Part shown: positions 50,301-63,700 of the stretch, one piece after another
Numbering within the stretch: position 1 is the stretch's first letter
Layout: each line of letters opens with the position of its first letter
From: Raillietiella orientalis
Lineage: Eukaryota
DNA length: 64,000 bases
Reading direction: 5' to 3'
Assembly (NCBI GenBank): GCA_036172245.1
Contig: JAYWIR010000013.1
Span: forward strand, 1,674,001-1,738,000
Made by a program: the position numbers and the translations under genes
Notes under the pieces: model-generated
The model's database searches: none
The model's input: the letters and a program-made list of their open reading frames with translations, nothing else
What the model was told of the DNA's origin: nothing

Positions 50301-52496
50301 CTCCTCCCCCTTTTCTTCTTTTCCTCCTGAGGGACATGCAGCTGGTGGCCCGCGTGTTCTCAGTCTTGAAGGAGCTCGTGAGAGGGCGTGGTGGCGGGGC
50401 GGCACGGTTGGCCAGAGGCGGGGACACGTGTTCCGCCTCCTCGTTTTCGCTTTCCCCCTCTTCCCCTTCCCCTTTTTCCTTTCGCCCTCGAGGTGGCGTC
50501 GGTCCGCGCCGGAGAGGGGCTTCCGGGAACGAGGCGAGGGGAGGAAACCTGTTTACCTGACTTCAGGAGACTTCCGGGAGTCCTGGAAGTGTGAGCGGAA
50601 GTCAGCATCCTCATCCCGTCTTTCCCCCTTCGCCTCCTCGGGTCGGGATGGGGTCGTGCGTCCCCACCGGCCCTCTCGAAGCAACTGCCTTTCTCCCCCT
50701 CGATCCCTGGCTACGGGGTTGCCTCACCGCTGCCCGAAGACGCGTCCGTCTCACGCAGCGACCTCAGAGACGCCGCCCTTCTCGCAGCTCCCGGAAAGGG
50801 TGGTGGCTCTTCTCTACCCCTTCCTCTCCTCCTTGCCAGCAGTCCGGGATCGCTTCCTCTCGCTCGGTGGTCGCAGCGCTCTGGGCCTGTCCGAAGGGAT
50901 GCGTCCACCTCCTTCCTTCGCGGGGGCCTTCCGGGAAGGTCCGCGGGGTGGCGCACGCATCTCGACCTTCCTGCCCGGGGTAAACGTGAGCAGAGAGCCA
51001 CGCGGGATGGGGGCGTAGGGGCAGGGAAGCGCGGATCCCTCTTGGCGGGATGGCGGTGGGTGCGATGAAGATGGTTACCCAAATGCACTTGCTAGCGCGC
51101 CCACAAGCCGTCCTGGTCACTTTGCCAGCCACTACTCCGTTTGAAGGGCGTGCGCCATCACTCGCGGCGGGTGTCTCCCGAGGGAGTTGCATGCGTGGGT
51201 CGGGGAAGTGGGGGCTGATCTTTTCCTCTCTTTCTCACCATCTTCGAAGGTGGCAGAGGCAGGGCCAGGGCAGGGAGGGTTCCTGGGGGAACCCGGGATG
51301 TCACCGCTCGAGGTTTCAGCGCGCCCCATGCACTCACGCTAGAGGGCCCGGGAGCCGCAGCTCCTCCCGTCTATCTGCCCTCCCACGATCCTCTGCCTCG
51401 GGGTTCCTCCAAGGAGGAAAAGGAAGAAGAGCCCTCGGGTGCGCTGTGTGGGCCGCCAGCCAGACGTCCCCTTGGGAAGGATGCGAAGAAGGCAGGATCC
51501 TGGAACGACGCGCCTTCATGGGGCGCACAGGGGCATCCTTTCTTCCCTAGCCATCCCCCGCTGCCCCGGGGGAGCCCCGAGCGCGCTCGGCTCAACAGGA
51601 AGGTTTCGGCGTGGAGGACTCCGGGAGATCCAGGAGTATTCCGGGAACACTTCCTGCTTCCGGCCCTCACCCTCCTGCCCGCTGGGACTGCAGCTCCCCA
51701 GGTGGAGTGACGTTTCGCCGGAGTCTACTTGATCACCTGGTAGACGACCCGAAGTGCCCCTACCTCTAAGCCTCTGTTGGCAGCGCTCGTCGCCTGACTG
51801 TTTCCCGGGCACGCTGTCCCTACTCTTGGTGGAGAATCTTGTCGCTAGAGGACAGGGGTCCTGTCCTCGGCGGGAATCGTCCCTCGTCCTAGCCATGTCT
51901 TCTGCGTCGACGCAAAGGGGCAGGAGGCAGCAGCGTTTGTGCGGATGGAACGGAGTGAGGGAAGCGCGTGTGGATCCTTTAAGCTTCCCACCGGAATCAG
52001 CCGGAGGGATGTCCTCCTCTTGTCCATCTGATGCGGTGCCATCGCCGTCGGCGAAACGACCTCAGCAGACCGTGGTCGGGGCTGGAGTCCCGGAAAGCTC
52101 GGACCGAACTGCCCTGACTCGGAGTACCCACGCCTGCGCGGGCGGGCGGGAAGCCGGAAGTCCTGGTGCGCCCCTTTGTCAAACCTCATCTGACGTCCCT
52201 TCCAGCCACCTGCTCCCTGCCGGAGGCCACCACCGCTGCACGAGAGGCTCCGTGGCGCCACCCTCTGTTTTCGGACCTTGAGGCAATGACGCCTGCCTCA
52301 CCAGCTTTCCTACGCGCTGTAGGCATGGGGGACCCGCCGGGGAATCGCCCCCATCCCCAAGAAGCATCCTTGACTTCGCAGCACCATCCAACCCGCAGCG
52401 TGAGTTGTCGCTGGAGATGTTCCTCCCCAGCCTGCGTGTTACTGCGGAGAAGGGATGAGGGGAAGGGGAGGCAGGAAAGAAGGGAAAGCTGTTGCT

Positions 52497-52680
52497 GACG
52501 ACGACGACCACGACAACGAGGAGGAGGAAGAAGAGGAGGAGAAAAGGAGGGAAGGGAGAAAGAGAGAGACGATGAAAGGAGGGAGGAGAGGAAGAGGAAG
52601 AAGAGAAAAGGAGGAGGAGGAGGAGGAGGAGAGGGAAGGAAGAGGAGGAGGATAAAAGGAGGGAAGCGAGGAAGAAGAAA
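52497..52680. repeat. (GAC)n then (GGA/GAG)n polypurine tract
   Basis: ~160 nt almost exclusively G/A on the + strand. Confidence 0.7.
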
Positions 52681-55299
52681 GGAGTGTGGTTCTCGTTCGC
52701 AGGCTACTTCGGCTACTTTGTTCTTGACCTGTACGTGAGGGCCCCTTCCACGAAGGCTGGAAGACGGGAAGGGCTGCCTGCCTTTTCTTAATGTCGGCGG
52801 GTGACGTTTTTCATGGCCGGTATCCCAAGAGGGAGAGCGCACGGGACGGAGCGCATCCAGGATCGCCGCCATCTGCTTCCCTGTGTTCTCGACAGCTGGG
52901 CGAACTTCGGTCTCAGACACCCTCTGAGACTCGGCTCCCAGCTCGGCGAATGGAAAGGGGGAGAGGGGGGGGGGGAGAGAACGGAATGCAAAAAGGCAGG
53001 AAAAAGGTGGGGAGGAGAAGAGGAGCGCTCGCTGCTCTTTCCCATGTCTGCGGCTGCGGCAAGCGAACGTGAGGGGAGGGAAGAAGTCACTGATGCGTTC
53101 TTTGCCAAGCGCTGGAGGATGGAGCATGAGCCACATCCTCGTGGGAAGCTGGACTGGCTCGGAGGAGGAGAAGGAAGAGAAGCAAGGACACTGTCCTGGT
53201 GGAGGGTGGCTCCGCAGCGCCTTTCTCGAGCTGCGGCGGTTTCGGCCGCTGCTGCTGCTGACGTCCTGCTGGCAGGGAACGCTCGGGATGATTTATCGGT
53301 AATTCGATCGGTGGAAGGGCAGCGCGATGATTCGGAATAGCGCGGGGCAGGGAACAGGGAATTCGAGTTCGCTCCGCAACCCAACCAGTTGGGCGGGACC
53401 ATCTGCGGCTCAGGGCACAGGCACTCGCACGATCCCGCGGCAGGCGATTCGCAGCGGAGTCTGCTGCCTCCGCAAGGGCAACGACGAGTCTTTATGACCC
53501 CACACCACCGCGCAGCATCCGTTGCCGTGGCGATCTCGTTTCCCTCTCTTGGCCTTCCCCAGGGCCTCTGTGCCGCGCCCTCCCGATCGAATAGCAGCGC
53601 GACGCGATCGTGGAACCTCTTCGACGGTCGCCATGATGAGCAGGAAGAGGAGGAGCCTTTTCGTTGCTGGTGCGCGCTGCTGGATTTCTCTGCTTCCCTC
53701 CATCCACCTTCGATCCCCTTCATCTTTGGCGCGCGGCGGTGCTTCGGGCTACGGGCAGTGCGCGACCGCTGCGCCCCTAGCGGAGAGCCTTGCCCAAGGG
53801 GGCGGGATGACCTCTCGAGCCCCGTCGATCTCCGGGAGTGAAGAGTTACGAGCGGATGTTCCCCTGCCAGGTTCCGAGCTCCATGACGGAAGTGCTCCTT
53901 CCCCTAGGAAGGAACGAAAACCGGCTTCTGATGCGTATCGATCAAGAGGGCGGGAAGGAAGCAGGGAGAGATCGCCAAATCAGATTACAGAGATGAATAA
54001 TCATCCGCGGTCTCGAGCCTGACGCGTCCAAGCAACCACTCGGGTGCTTGCTGCAGGCTCATCCAGAACTTGCTGGGAGACGCCGCGACTCCGCAGGCGA
54101 TGACGCAATTGACAGCTGGGGCGTCGTTCCTCCGGGGGTCGAGGAACGTGCGGTTCCACAGCACAGAAGAGGAGGAGGTGAGGCGGTGGCGCACCCTCGC
54201 CAGGAGGGACCCGCCTCGTCTCCGGCGCGGAAAGCTGCTCAGGAGTACCGCGTGGTGCGCTGCATGAGCACTGCACGCGCCTCGCTTGCGGCTCGGGAAG
54301 GCGGTGGCAGAGGATGATGATCATGATGGCGGTGATGATGGGATTGCAACAATGGGAAGAGAGGAGCGGGGAGGGGAGGGAGGAAGGAGGAAAGGAGGAG
54401 GAGGAAAGGAAGAGGAACGTGAGCCACTGGGAACAGACTCTCTCGATTCGTGGGAAAGCGTGGACCCAGAACTTCCCCTCTCCTTACCCCGCGCCTTCTC
54501 AAAGGAACGCCATCAAAGACGAGGCGCTCACACGCTGCGCTGAGGGGAAGGCTGTGCACGCGCGGGAGCAGCCTCTGTGCCGGCGAGGAGCAGGAAGGGC
54601 ATGGATCCCCCTCCTCCATCAAGAGAACGAACATAAAGTTTCCCGCTCTTTCCGCATGCAGGCGGTGGAGCTGCATCCCACGAGCGAACTCGAGAAGCGA
54701 CTGCACGTGGAATTCGATGGCTCGCGAGCAGCCGAAGAGCAAAGAAGCCGGTCCGTAGATCAAGCAGAGCGGTGCCGTGGAGCTGCCTCCTGTCAGACGG
54801 AGGAGAACGGGAACGAAAACAAAGAGTTTCATCCGCCGCTGCTCTGGAGCGGTCGCCGATAATCCGAGAGAGACGACAAAGGGAGCAGGCAAAAAAAGGA
54901 TGGTTTGTCGGTGCAAAGGGACCCGCAACTGGAGCTCGTTTGCCGTGGGGCTATGCGGAACGCAAGGGAACGGAGGTGGGAGGAAAGGAGGAGAGAGGCG
55001 AGAAACGATGGGGGAGGGAGCAGCAAATGAAGGAGTGGATAGGAAGGTGGGGCGGACCGGCACCTGCAGTTCGCCTTTCCCTCAAAGATCTGGGTAGGGG
55101 GGAAAGGGCTAAACGAAACTGAGGGAGCCGTTCTGGTGATTCCCACTCGCGGGCGGTCCACCATCTTCCTCAGGTTCTTCGTGAAGGCAGGGAGAAGGTG
55201 ATTACTCCCTCCCTTCCTCCCTCACCTTGCACCGTGTGGCTTTAGTGGTTACGCGACGCGCCCTCTGTCCTGAAGAAAATTCGCTTCCAGCCCACCGAA

Positions 55300-55920
55300 C
55301 GCAGTCGTCATGAGAGAGGATGACTAGAGCGGCAGCACCTCATTTCCCAGCAACGACGCCCTGGGAGTTGAGAGGTCGCCAGAGCGGCCTTCACTTCAGC
55401 TCTCAACCTGGCACTGGTGACTCTGCCCGCAGCATCTCTCCGCGTTTCGCAAGCTACTGAGAGGCGGTAGCAGTGCTCGAGGTGCGATCTCATTGGTGGC
55501 GGCCTTCTCCTGAAGGGTCTCTGCCTCCAGTCCCAGATATACGCACCAACTTCGTGGTTGCCCTCGGGTGCCTTGCGCGCCACCTTGCTACAGGCCGAAG
55601 GGACTGTCGCAAGGTGGCGCGGAACTGAGGATCTCCCTCGGAACTGAGGGTCCAAGGACTAGGGACTCTTCCGCTTGACTCACGACACCCACCGTAACAT
55701 TCAATCCGGAACGTCCCTGCCTGATGCTTCCTGCACAGCCACTGGTCCATTCGGGCGCGCACCCACGAGCAGCCAGACCACCGCTCAGGAATCCCTCCCC
55801 TTAGCCATCGCGCAGTCTCATCCCTTCCCCTCCTGGAGTGGTGACTCATCACCCTGCTCAGCGCTTCACTCTCGCTCGCGAAGGCTTCGATAGGCGCCTG
55901 CCTGGGCACTCTAGGCAGCG
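55300..55920 (-). mobile_element. Decayed LINE RT C-terminal remnant
   Basis: PRQAPIEAFASES parallels PSQQVPLEAFSRF of the 28-kb copy; downstream VGAYIWDWRQRP resembles the post-RT FIW motif. Confidence 0.35.
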
Positions 55921-57949
55921 GTGAGACGAGGAGGCTCCCAGCGGACGATCCACGGAGGGAGGCATAAGGAATGGGTGTGCGAGAATCTCTGGTGGGTTCT
56001 CGCCGCGAAATGGGAGCGAAGGAAAAGAGGCGGGTAGGCGGTTTCCTACGGCAATCCTCGGCTTTCGCTGGCGAAGGAGTCCTTAGCGGCTTCCTAGGAG
56101 ACAGAGCTGGTGGGGAAGGGAACGGCGAATCCGCTGCTGTTGCGTGGGTAAGAGGACGAGCGCCAGCCTTAGTTCAGAAAGCGCCAACGAGGATGATGCC
56201 GGCGGTGCGTGGCGACGGGTGGCGGAATGGAAGCGTCGGACTGGCAGCTGCTAATCTGCGCCTCATCCTGGAAGGAAAGCAAGAGGAAGAAGAAAAGGAA
56301 CGGAGTTTGACGAAACGCCTCTCCCTCGGAAGAGACGACGAGCCGTTTCTTCTCCTGGCGTGCCGTCACATGGAGATGAAACGCACGCGGTTTCTTCGAC
56401 CCAAGAGGAACGTCGTCTGTGTCCCCTTCGGTGGCGAGGGAGGGCACACTTGGCTCCCTCTGTTCGGAGATGGACTCGCCCTCGTCTCGTCAGCAACCCC
56501 TCTGAGGACGTCCACGCGCGGAGTGGATGTGGTTCCTGCGGCTTTGCAGGACCCCCGCTGCTACTGCAGCGACTCTTCAGCGAGTGTTCTTTCCCAGCGA
56601 CGGTTATTGCAGCGGCTGGAGGACATTTCGGTGCTCAAAACCTCCACTAAAGTGACGATGCAAGGGGGGCGCTGGTTCTGTTAGCGGAGGTTCTTCTGCG
56701 CCTTCCTGCCGCCATCGAGTCACGCGGAGCGCAGTGCGGATTTTGAGCTGCCGCGCGCGCGCAGAGTCGATGGTGACCACCTGATTGTCTAAGCAAACTT
56801 GTAAAAAAGAGAAAGGCGATGGCTTGTTCTGCATCTGCGTGTTCTTCAAGCTGCGAGTGCCCGCTTCCCGTCCAGCGTCTATGTCTCCAGGCAACGCGCG
56901 CTTTCGTCGGCAGAGTGCTCTTGAGGGCTGGCCAGGCGGCCGAGCAAACGACAGGAAAGATTTAGGAGGCTCCCCATGCTCCGAGGTTTGACATCCGATG
57001 CATCGTCTCTGCGAAGGGGGAAGAGGACCGCTGGACGGAAAAGCAAGGCGGACGGAGGGGAAGGATGAGCAGCTCCTGGAGAAGGTGCGACGTGGCTTCG
57101 TCCGCGGCCTGATCTGCCCGTTCCGAATGGGAAGGGGCGGGGGGGGGGGAACATGACGAGAGGGAACTTGACGAGGGTTCGCGCGAGCGGGAGCAGAGGG
57201 GGAGGAGAATCGAGGCGCAAGTCGAGGACGCATTGCTAAGTAGCCAAGATCCGCCGAGTCATAGCGCTGGCTTCTACCTTGGGGCGAGGCCGCTCGCTCG
57301 CGCACTGCGGGTCGTCGATCAACGTCAGAGCGGTCCTGCTCCAGTCCTTGATCCCTCCTCCTTCCGCGAGGCTACAGAAAGAGAAAATCCCCGTTCGTAT
57401 CCGCCCGACTCTGAACCCGCCCCTACGCAATGACTGTGGGTTTTTAAAGTACTCGGCTCTTCGACCCATGTAGAGATTCCTGTGGGATTCATCCCTCTGA
57501 CCTGCATCTCTCTACGGACACCTTCCACAAGCAACCAAACATCTGCCTCCTCCCCCCTCCTCCTCATTCTTAGCTCCTATTTCATTTCTTCTTCGTCCCG
57601 CCCTCCTCCCGCCCTGCCCGGGCTCAGCTCTGACCAAGTCGGATCTCCCTGTAACGAGCGAAGATCCTTCCGGTCGCTTCCTGCCCGCGTGGGAGAGCGG
57701 ATTTCCTTCACGTGTCTTCGGAGAGGAAGAGACCGGAACGATGCCACGGAGGAGGTGGCAGCGGCGACGGAATTTCTTCAGCTGCCTGCGTGAAGTACGG
57801 CGGTTCATCTCTTCTACTGGAAGCGCCGAGCCGGATGAGCGAATCTGGTAGTTGCTGAGGAGAGCATTTCGCTTCTTCTGTTTCTTCCCCGATGGCACGC
57901 GGACGCTTTCTCTCTCTCTTTCCTTTCCTTGGCTCTGTCGGGGCGGAGC

Positions 57950-58920
57950 TTCGCCGTTCCATAGCAGGGATCGATCCTAGAGGCAGTCGGCGGTCGCCAG
58001 CTCCCGCTCCGAAGGCCCCTTCCGCAGCTCAGCATCCCCAGACATCCCCTCGCAGGGGTTGCTCCTCATGCACTCGGGCGCCCCATGGCACGAGCGCCAG
58101 CGCGCTGCAACCCAAAGCTGCGCGCCAGACTGAGCCCTCTCGGGGGTGCACTCGTGGGAGCCCAAGCAAACTGGACTCCTCCTCCTCCTCCTCGCCTGTC
58201 GATAGTCCGAGAACAGGTCGAGGCCATTTCGGCCCCAAGGGCTTCAAGAAACTCCCCGTTCTTTCGCGCCCCGCCGAGCGCCAGCCGGCCCGAGGGAGAC
58301 CCCTCGGTGAGAACGCAGCAACCAGCAGCTTCGACTCGTCCACCCACGCCCAACTCGTGAGACCGGTTCGTCCGTCGGAGTCGCTGGGCGCCTCCAGCGG
58401 GCCTTCTCCCTCCGGCTGCATCCCGGCAGCCAGGAGTCCGTCACTATCCTTCACACCTCATGGTCCGGGAAGAGGTAGTGAGGGCGCAGCAGCATCCGCA
58501 ATCTTCAACCGCGCGACCAGAAAGGACACCGTTGCCCTCCGACCCTTTCCGGTGTCGCAGCTTCCGGTATTCCGCAGGCGCGGCGCGCGACACTTCGGCC
58601 GTAGGCCGGAAGGGAAGGCTGCGAGGTCGCCCCTTGCTCTAGGGGGTGGTTCCCTCGGGGATGTCCGGGTCGCCTCGATCGCATGCTGGAGCCGCTGCAG
58701 CTTCCGACAGCATCCGCGGCGATTCCGGTGCGGCCCACGTGGAGTTGCTCTACCCCCCGGAGAACGGTTCTGGAGGGGCGGGGGATGAAGAGGGAAGCGG
58801 TGCGGGGATCTCCGAGGATCTCGAAGGCACCACGGAAGGGAACGCCTGTGAGCTTTCCCGCCGCGCACAGGTGCCTCCCCCCCTTCCTCTTCCTGATGGA
58901 TGGACGGCACTCCTCCTGGC
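57950..58920 (+). mobile_element. Decayed LINE ORF1-like remnant with near-canonical zinc knuckle
   Basis: ORF 57892-58788 contains CSSCTRAPHGTSAS (C-x2-C-x4-H-x4-S) at 58060-58101; inverted homolog of 14.9-15.8 kb. Confidence 0.55.
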
Positions 58921-61329
58921 CGTCGGGTGTGTCAGGAAAGGAGCGCGTCTCCCCTTCGGGATGCGGAAGATCATGGAAGTCTCGGGGAGAACTCAATGGG
59001 CGCGTCTCTGCGATGTTTTGCCGACCCTTCCTCCGCAGTGGAAATGCCTTCCTCGGGAGCGCGCCTGAAGAAGGCCCGGAGCATTGAACTATCTCGCGCG
59101 CTGGAGTTCCTCCTACGGTGCGAAAGAGTCGGAAGCACATAGGCGCATAGGGCGATGCCTCAGGGTCGAACCGTATGCCGTCTCCCCCCCAGACAAGTAA
59201 ACTGCCCTCTGCAACCATGTGCCCCTCGAGTACGACCAAGAAGAGTTCCGCTCTCGTCCTCCGCTCCGACGGCCCACATCCGGCAGTGCGTGCGAGCTGG
59301 GTGATTGGGGACGGAAGGCAAGTCTAGCCGACCGGAGGCTGCCCGAGTATCCTTCCAGCTGGTTGACTGGCCCAAACGCGCGAAGAAGAATCCTCGTGTG
59401 CCTCCCCTCCCCTTCCCTTTCCTTCCGGGCACGGCGGGGCGCGCATCTGCTCCGCCGTGATGTCCCCGTCCTGCCTAGCGGGACCAAGGCTCGGTCTCCG
59501 ACGCTTGGCAACGCCTCCCTCATCCCAACTTATTCCAGCTTATTTTTCACATTCGACTCGGCGAGCGCGGAGGGATCGCAGAAGGCGGCGACGCCGCGGG
59601 ACCCGCGAGTCGAACGGGAGCGCTAGGAATATTCTGGAGGAGTTTCAAAGTTTAAATAAGGAGCCGAAACTCTCAAAGAGTTGCAGAGGTCCCGGGCGAG
59701 GAGTCACTAAAGCGTGAAAGAGAGAGGCCCGCGCTCGCGTGCTCTTCGCACTGCACGGCTGAAGAGGAACGGCCTTTGGCAGGCACGCGGGGAGGCGAAC
59801 GCCGGGGTGCGGTCTATAATTACTCCTGGGTCACCCGTGTCTCCGGCACTAGCGTGCAGAAGGCGCACGCGGAAGCGGAGGGAGGCCGGGATCAGCGGGC
59901 CGGAGCTTTCTCCCTCCTACCTCCTCCTGGAAAGGAAATCTTCCCCTCCTCTCCAGAAACGGGATGATGAAGCGAACGGGAGGGCGCGGCGTGGGATCGC
60001 CCGAGGAGCCTCCGGTCCAGAAAGTCGCTCGGTGAACAGCAAAGGACTCGGGGATCAAGTCCGTAGGAGGTTCCCCTTCGCGCTTCGTCCCCTTTCGGGA
60101 CCTCCGTTGCCGTGGGAACGCCTCTTCTTTCCCGAGTTACTTTCCGCTCCTGAAAGACTCTCCGCATTTCGTGCCCCTTGGCTCGACCTGCTCTGACCTC
60201 GAAGCCTTCCTGCTGTGACGACGAGGGCTTTTGGCTCATCAGGATCTTCTCCTGTCTTCTGCTCTGATCCAGAGATCTCCATAGAAGCGCTTTATCTCCT
60301 GACTATGACATTCCTCTCCATCCTATCCGGGGAATCTTGTGGCACCGAAGGTCGCTCGGAGGCTGCTTCCGGAATGGAGAGGGTCTCAACTCACTTTCCG
60401 TCCTTCGCCGACCCTTTGGAGCTCCCTTCAGATATTTTCCCCCTGGATCGTGCCCTCTGGAATCGACCTCTCGCGCGTGTCGATGCCTTCTCTCCTGCTC
60501 CCAGTCTGGGAATCGCTTCCATACAGCTCTGTGCTGCCGACATGCTCGCACCCAGGAGCAACCCTCTCCCTCCTCCTTGCTCGGTGGACACACGGAAGCC
60601 AGGCGTCCTTCGCTTGGTCCCTCTATTGACCCGTGGTCAAACTCCCGTCAGTCCCGCGGGATTTAGACTGGTGTAGACGCGCTTCATGCGTGGGTGGTGA
60701 CGGCGACCATTCGAGCGGCTCAGAGACGCTCCCGCACTTGCGTCCGCAGGCGAGCCGAGTTGACTCCACGCCGTCTTTCGGACATTCGAGACAGCTCTGG
60801 GGCCGCACAGGTGGCACCGTATCCTCGGTGATCCCCGTGAGCATCCGGTTTGGGGGTAGTATCCACGTTTTCCCAGAACGGCACGAGGAAAGTTTTTCCC
60901 TTCCCACCTTACCTCTGATCGGCCCCATTTCGGTTGCGACCGGCTGTACCCCCCACCTGTTCCGGTGGTGGCCCCTCCCCCATTCCGAGTTTCCACTGAA
61001 GCGGTCCGCCGGTTTTTCATGCTGCCGGCTGGTGAAGCGACAGCCGCCGTTCACCTGCCGTGGAAGCCGACTACGGCTGGCACGTCGCCATTGCAACGCG
61101 GGGGATGTCCTGAGGTTCGATCCTTGCTGTCTTCCGGACTGCACGAAACAGTTGCTCAGGAGAGGCAGATGCGCGGTTTGTACACCACGGAGCGGTCCGC
61201 CGGCGTTCCACCCGCCAACGCGGTGGCTATGCAGGCAGTACGTGCTGATGGACCGGAAGGTGGCGCCCGCGCCCTCGCAGTCGCAGAACCCACGTTTGCC
61301 GCCGGGTTCCTGATCTTCTACCCTCGCTC

Positions 61330-61500
61330 CGCTCCGCCACCGTGCCGTCGCCATTTTGCCGGCATGCACCGAGGGGTCCCTTTGGGATGGGAAGCCTTGC
61401 CACGCCTCCTCAGGGAGCACACCGAAGGGGTGCGCGCTCTGCGCAGCCTTCCGCGGGGACTCAGCAGGGACGGAATCGCACCCCGAGCGACGGCCAGCTG
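61330..61500 (+). mobile_element. Additional ORF1-like LINE fragment
   Basis: GAAGGGGTGCGCGCTCTGCGCAGCCTTCCGC matches the minus strand of ~15.8 kb (AAGGGATGCGCGCTCTGCGCAGTCTTCCGC). Confidence 0.5.
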
Positions 61501-61899
61501 CCTCCTTTCCAGCCCTCCCCTGCCAGTCCTGCGACCACGCGCCGTAGGTCGTCACGCGTGGAGGCGCCCCGTTTCCTCCCTTCCCGTCCCACCCCGACGC
61601 GGGCCCACCCGACGACACCCCACTTCCTCATTCGCTCGCCGGCCTCCTCCCTACTCCAGTGCCCTTTCCTTCCAGACTGGCAGATGTCTGACTCTATAAA
61701 TAGAACCCACAATAAGAGCGGCGCAAGTTCCGTTCAACCGAAGGGCTCGGCACTCCAGGAGGGAAAGGGATAAATCCCCTTCGGTGCAGAAGCGCTCCTC
61801 AGGTGTTCCATAGCCTCGGCAGAGAGAGGCACGCTCTCGCCGGGAGTTGAGGCTGCGGAAGAACTGCTGGCTCCTTCTGCATCTTCCTCTCCGACTCCC

Positions 61900-63700
61900 G
61901 GAACGACCACCCGCCGCCTCCTGTGGCTGAAGACGTCGAAGTGATAGCTTGCGGCTGCGCTCACGAAGGAAGGGGGGGGGGAGGGGAAGGGTTGGCGCTT
62001 TCTTAGGAGAGTTCCCATCTGCGTCTGCCTGCCGCACTGCACCAGAACGCGGCAGGGTGACCCCGCACGGTCGTCGTTCCCATCACGGCATCCCTGGAAC
62101 CTCACCGTCGGCATCTTGGCACTCGGGAAAGTCTCCCGGAGGACCCCACGCTGTGAGGAGCAGATTCTGCAGCTAGGAGACGATGGGTCGCGTTCCGATA
62201 TCCGAGAAGGGAAACCGGAAGTGGCGGGAGGATTCGCCTTCCCGCCCTGCACGAAGGGAAAGGTCCCTTTGAGACTTCGGGCGATGATCCCAGTCTCGGA
62301 AAGAGGCGGGTCTTGTCTCTCCGAGACTTTTCCTAGCGCCCCGGACCGATCCACCACCCTCCATCGCATCATGCTCCCGGCTGCATCCGCGAAAATCTCC
62401 ACGGATATTCCTCGTCTCGCGCGGGAGAGATTCGAATGCCCGCTTGCATCACCACAGGATCCCGAGGCGGGTGGATTCTCAGGGATGGATTCTTTGGAGA
62501 GCTTCGCCCTGCTGTTATGCTTGGCAACGCCCGTTTCCGTTGGCAACCAGCGGTTCTCCAGTGGCTTCGAGACGAACGCGGCCTCGTGCTGGAAGAGGCC
62601 GCCGGCAGCTCGCCGATGCCGTGGACTCTTCTCAGATGGATGCTCTCCCGTGGACAAGCAGGGACAGAGGGGGAGGAAGGAAGTGGAGCCTCTCCCCGAG
62701 GGAGAGGGGTGGACAGCCCTGCTGTCGAAGGGCGAAACCCTGCGGATTTCTGGATCGATCTGAGGGTTCCGTGAGCTGCCCACCATCTCTCCCTGGACCC
62801 TCGGAAGGACGGACCTTTCGACTTGATCCGCCGGGACAACGGGCGCTGCCCGGTATCCGAGGAACGGAATCCGAGGCAGCGCCATTCGCGAGGAGGAGAT
62901 CCCTCGGATGCAGTGCAGCTTCTCCGGTCCCTGCGAAGCGAAGGAGGAAGGGGCAGGAAGCGTTCCAGACGGTGGCCGCTGCGACCGCAGCCTCCTCGCG
63001 AAGTTCCCACAAACTCTTCCCACTGGGGTAGGAGATTCGACCGCAGGACGCCCCTCAGAACCCAGACTGCTGGCGGGATCTCGCTCTTTCCGACTTTTCT
63101 TTCCCCAGTCCGAAAAAACGCAGCGCTCCCTAGGCCTCCCGCTTCCCACTTACGGGCAGCGCTCTACGGATGGAGGACTTTAGCAGCCCCGCAGGCAGCC
63201 GGAAGCTGCTCTTCGGACGAGGCACTCAGCAGCAGTCAGAGGCACCGCCGGGAGATTCCCATTAGCGTGAAGCTGCTTGTAAACCGAAGCTCTCTGGGAT
63301 CGCTCTGGAAGATGCAGCATCACGGAGCATGCTGTGCAACGCGTTTCCCGACCAAAGGCACACGCGGACCGACCTCTGTAGGGCAGCAAACTGGTCGAGG
63401 TCATCATCTGATGCCCCTTGCCGTGAAAGGGTTGCCCCAGGGGAAGGAAACCGCGTCTCCTGGATGCTCTCGTCACTCGAAAAGAACGACCCTGTCGATC
63501 TGCTCAGCAGACGGAAAGAAGGAATCGAATTCGGGGAGACTTCCAGCCGTCCGGAGAGATCCTGCCCCGTCTACCCAAGGACGAGCGTGGTCGCAGCAGC
63601 TGACCAGACAGGTAAGAGGTCCCCTGCTGCACAACAGTAGAAACCACGATCTCTGGGGTACCGGGACACCAAGCGTTCGCTCTCAAGGGTAGGTGGGTAA
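61900..63700 (-). mobile_element. Decayed non-LTR ORF2 (RT) remnant
   Basis: Within ORF 61734-63149: VSKPLENRWLP...NSRAKLSKESIPEN (like SK.LANRL...NQ..F..GRSI.DN) and VVDRSGALGKVS (like LDQ..AFD.VS); catalytic residues lost. Confidence 0.55.

Noticed and set aside
4128..60245. Hammerhead ribozyme cores at CTGATGA motifs (~4128 +; ~6866, ~7665, ~27705, ~60237 -)
   Set aside because: None has a paired stem II closed by GAAA with matching stems I and III.
61734..63149. Intact reverse transcriptase gene (471-aa ORF)
   Set aside because: Only motif relics remain, with no intact YADD or QG.PLSP, so it was treated as a decayed element.
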